Shown one piece after another: positions 60,351 through 64,000 of a DNA stretch of 64,000 bases (its first letter is position 1; every line of letters begins with the position of its first letter). The notes below the pieces were generated by a model. The model was not told the origin of the DNA, ran no database searches, and saw only the letters and a program-made list of their open reading frames with translations. A program made the position numbers and the translations under genes. This DNA is from Centroscyllium fabricii (Eukaryota): the NCBI GenBank assembly GCA_051313645.2, contig JBNRSN020000039.1, positions 6,510,001 through 6,574,000 on the forward strand, read 5' to 3'.

Positions 60351-61059
60351 TCACTACACAATGTCAGGTATATTTGCAACACCAGCTTTCCGACTACTCC
60401 TCTTGACGGACAAGACAGACGCACCAGTTGATCTGCAATGTGAAATTAGTGACAGCCTATCCATGTAATCAAATACTTCGCATTGTGTAAATCGAGCCAT
60501 TCATTCTGTCAGTCAGCCCCCAGACAGAGCTCACAGAGAACAGACACAGCTCACATTTGGAGGTTAATATATACTCCCAGACGAAAACAACTAGCTACCG
60601 ACCGAACAGGCTCCTTACCCTCTTCTCACCTAGAGTTCATACACATTCCCTCGACAATAAGCTTCTGTCCTCCCTCACCGACCCCCGATTTACGGAATTT
60701 CGCCTTCCTGACATTCTCCGCCAAGGGATCCTGCGCTTCACCAGCAATCTATTCCTGACCGTCACCACACATAGATGGGTCATTGTGTGTGGGTCAAGGG
60801 TTGTTAGCACGTCCAGTGTGAATGACTTGAATAATGACATTGTCATAACGTCCGGTTTTCCTCCAGTCCAAAGATGTCACTTGCCCTACATGTACTGTAC
60901 TGTGCGAAAACTCAAGCAGGTCTCTGGGACGATAGGTAGAAAGTGGTGCTGTTGTAAAGGGGATGTGAATGGAAGTACGAGATCCATCTTACAATCTGGA
61001 TCACGTTCTCCCTCTCACGCCCATTAGACCTGGATCACTATCTTATCTCATTCCTACTG

Positions 61060-62640
61060 TGGATACCCGACCTTCTCTGCTCCTAGGTTCCTTTCATCAC
61101 TACCCTATCTGAACTCCTCTGCTTTCCTCTGCGATGCTTTCTGTTTCCGTTCGATCCTCTCTCTCCCCTTATGTTCATTTGTTCTCTCTCCCCCTTCGAC
61201 GTCCTCTCTACCCACACATGATTTCCTCCCTCTATCTGAGTTCCTCTCTCTCCAAATTCCTCTATCACTAAACTCTCTCTCCCTAACACGTCTCGCTCCG
61301 ATATTCCCTCTCTCTCCGTCGGATCTACTCCCTCTGCAATCTCTTCTCGCATCACCAACTCTCCTCTCTCTCCGACGCACTGATTTCTCACGGAACTCAT
61401 TTCCATCCCACCTCCCATCTCCTCTTGCTATCCGGTCACCTCTCTCGCTGGCGAAATCTACTCTCTCTGTCCGATCTCCTCACTCACTTCGATCTTCACG
61501 CTCTCAGATCTCCTTTCCATTCTACCACTGCTCCCTCTCCCAAATCCGCTCTCCATCTCCCCTCCAATCTCCTCGCTCTCGAGAATCTTCTCTCTCAGAT
61601 CTCCTCCCACACTACCTCTGATCACTATTCCCGATCTTGTCTCCACCTCCACTTCGATCTGTCTCCAGAACGTTATCCTCATCACCCCTCTGATCACCTC
61701 TCTCTCTCTCTGATCTCCTCTCTATCGCCTGCCATCACTACGATCCCTGCGATCTCCTCTCTCTCCCCGTTGATCCCCTCCACCCTTCCAATCAATCTCT
61801 CTCACCATTCGCACCTCTCTCCAATCACACCTCTCTCTACCTTCGGCATTCACTCTCCCCTCCTCTCTCTCCGATCTACCCTCTCTCTCTAATCTCGTCA
61901 CGCTCTACCGATCTATTCTATATCCAATCTTGTGTTGCTCTCTCCAATCTCATCTCTCTCACCGATCTCCTCTCCAACTCTGATCTCTTCTCTCTTCCAA
62001 TAAATCTCTTTTCGATATCCGTTCACTCTCCAATCTCGTCTCTCTCTCACCGATCTCGTTTCTCTATAATGCTCTCTCTATGATAGCCCCTCTCCCACCA
62101 ACGTCCTCTCCCTCCCCTCCAATCTCTCCATTCTCCACTCAATCGCCCATCCGATTTCCTCTCCCACCCCACTCTCCTCTTGCCCACGCCTGTTTCAACA
62201 ATCTTCTCTCGATCCCTCCTCAAATAACCTCCCTCTCTGCAATATCCTCACTCTTCACCTCTGATCTCCACTTCACCCCATATCTCCTCACTCCCTCTCT
62301 GCTCTCTCTCTCCGAACTCCTCGATCTCCTCTCCACTCTTCGCTGTCTTTCCAATCTCAACTCACAGTCCGGTGTTCTCTCTCTCCGATACCCAGTCCAC
62401 CCCCCTTACGCTCCCCTCTCTTGCGCCGATCGCATCTCTTCCCTCTTATCCAACAGCACTCTCCGAACTCCACCTTATCGCCTACTATCACCTGGGCTTC
62501 ATTATTCTCCTAACGATTGTATCTCGCACTCCAGTCTCCTGTCGCTTTCACCGATGTCCTATCACAATCCCTTCTGTCACACCTGCGATTCCCTCTCTCC
62601 TCGGACTTCGACACTCTCTCCACGTTCTATCCTCTAAATG
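61060..62640. repeat. CT-rich low-complexity tract (CTCTCCGATCTC motif)
   Basis: Reverse-complement counterpart of 18890-20160. Confidence 0.85.
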
Positions 62641-62829
62641 CCACTTCAGTCAAAAGCATCCATCAGCCGATCCCCTGACATACTCCCCTTTGAACCGAGG
62701 AAAGTGTGGCCAACAATGAGGCAACTCTACATAGCGAACATAAACGAAAGGGAATTGGTCTTCATGTGAGGCTCCATTTTTCAGCTTGCGGTGCAGGAGA
62801 CCACGAAGGTGTTCATGCAAATAATAAAA

Positions 62830-63232
62830 GCAATTACAAAATTCATTCTAGTATAAGTGCAAAGAGATGTTAGTGCAAATGTTCTGGGCCTTATGAAACC
62901 CTCTGTGAGTAGTGTGTACAGTTGTGGTGTCCTTACCAAAAAACGATGACCAATAATAGAGTGGGTGCAACGAATGGTCATCAGATTTTTTCCTGGGATG
63001 TGGGATTCTCCCATAAGTAGAGAGTGAGGAAGCTTGGACTGCAATACGATTCCATTGAAATATAGACAATTAATAAGCGGCACTTCTGGTTGATTAGTAT
63101 ACATCTCGGAGTCAAATTCTCAGAGTACTGCTCGGATATTTAGGACTGAAATAAGGGGAAATGCCTTTCTCAACTGATCCCAGGAATCGATTACTTACTC
63201 CGCAGTGCGAGCTCAGTCGTTGAGTAGATTCA
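62830..63232 (+). mobile_element. CR1 3' fragment
   Basis: AGTATAAGTGCAAAGAGATG..GAGTAGTGTGTACAGTTGTGG..ATTTAGGACTGAAATAAGG. Confidence 0.6.
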
Positions 63233-64000
63233 CAAAGTCACACAACACCAGATTATATTCCAACAGTTTTATTATAAATCACAAGCTTTCGGAGCTTTTG
63301 CCCCTTCGTCAGGTGAAAGAGAGAGACTGACTTGAAGAACGCACATATGGAACGAAGGGAGAAATCCGATCTCGCCCACATCTCTCCTTAGCAGAGCCAG
63401 ACAGAGCACACAAATGCGTATTAACATATATTAAGAGATTCATTTAAACATAGCAGAAATATAGAGAGAGAACAATGTGGTCTCTCCCGGTGTTTTACAT
63501 CACACCTCAGCTGAGGGACATCAAAGCAATCAAAGGTGTTCTAACATATCAGTCAGGCTGAGATCAAAGGGTGCAGTAACATAGTGCAAAACGATACTGT
63601 CTGCTAACCTTGAAAATCCAACAGAATGATTTTTTAAAAAACAAGGATTTTTCTTACCTAAAATCGTAGAACAATCCAAAGATGGTTCGAGTCTGGATGA
63701 CTCTATGTCAGGCGGGGTCAAATGTCGCGTGACATAAATCCAATATCACGGTTGAGGCCGTGATCATGGGTGCGGAATTTGGCTATCAGCCTCTGCTCGA
63801 CGATTTTGTGTTGTTGTGTTTCTTGAAGGCCACCCTGGAGAATGCTCACCCGAAGATCGGAAGCTGAATGTCCTTGACTGCTGAAATTGTTCCCTATTGG
63901 GAGGGAACACTCCTGCCTGGCGATTGTTCCGCGGTGCCCGTTTAACTCGGGCGTCATGCACAATCGCCAGGCAGGAGTGTTCCCTCCCAGTCGGGGAACA
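63233..64000 (-). mobile_element. Penelope-like retroelement 3' end (GIY-YIG endonuclease C-terminus plus pLTR); an inverted copy begins at 63960
   Basis: NGHRGTIARQECSLPIGNNFSSQGHSASDLRVSILQGGL..EQRLIAKFRTHDHGLNRDIGFMS; pLTR matches 43566-43650. Confidence 0.88.
63279..63316 (-). ncRNA. Minimal type I hammerhead ribozyme motif in the Penelope pLTR
   Basis: Minus strand ucac-CUGACGA-a-ggggc-aaaa-gcucc-GAAA-gc-UU-guga. Confidence 0.75.

Overview
This is repeat-dense vertebrate genomic DNA, most likely from a shark or ray. The evidence is multiple HE1-type V-SINEs sharing a 3' tail with HER1/CR1 LINEs, SacSINE1/DeuSINE-like elements and shark-type Penelope elements. I found no intact host protein-coding gene. 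The only host-gene trace is a two-exon GPR139/GPR142-like GPCR pseudogene on the minus strand (13079-17754). The rest is nested transposon debris: CR1, Rex1, RTE and L2-type LINEs, two Sushi-like chromoviruses with solo LTRs, two other Gypsy elements, Harbinger-like MITEs with AWT target duplications, minisatellites and long purine/pyrimidine tracts. Four observations stand out: (1) a ~208-bp palindromic Penelope-derived insertion with a 14-bp TSD and a minimal hammerhead ribozyme; (2) an old inverted duplication (18.1-21.1 kb vs 60.1-63.2 kb) of the GPCR upstream region, containing an unidentified GA-rich insert; (3) an LTR element with gag-protease followed by a coiled-coil-like frame in place of RT/RNase H/integrase; (4) a MITE family with a ~300-bp internal palindrome. 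Family names come from motif recognition by eye, not database searches, and boundaries of old fragments are approximate.
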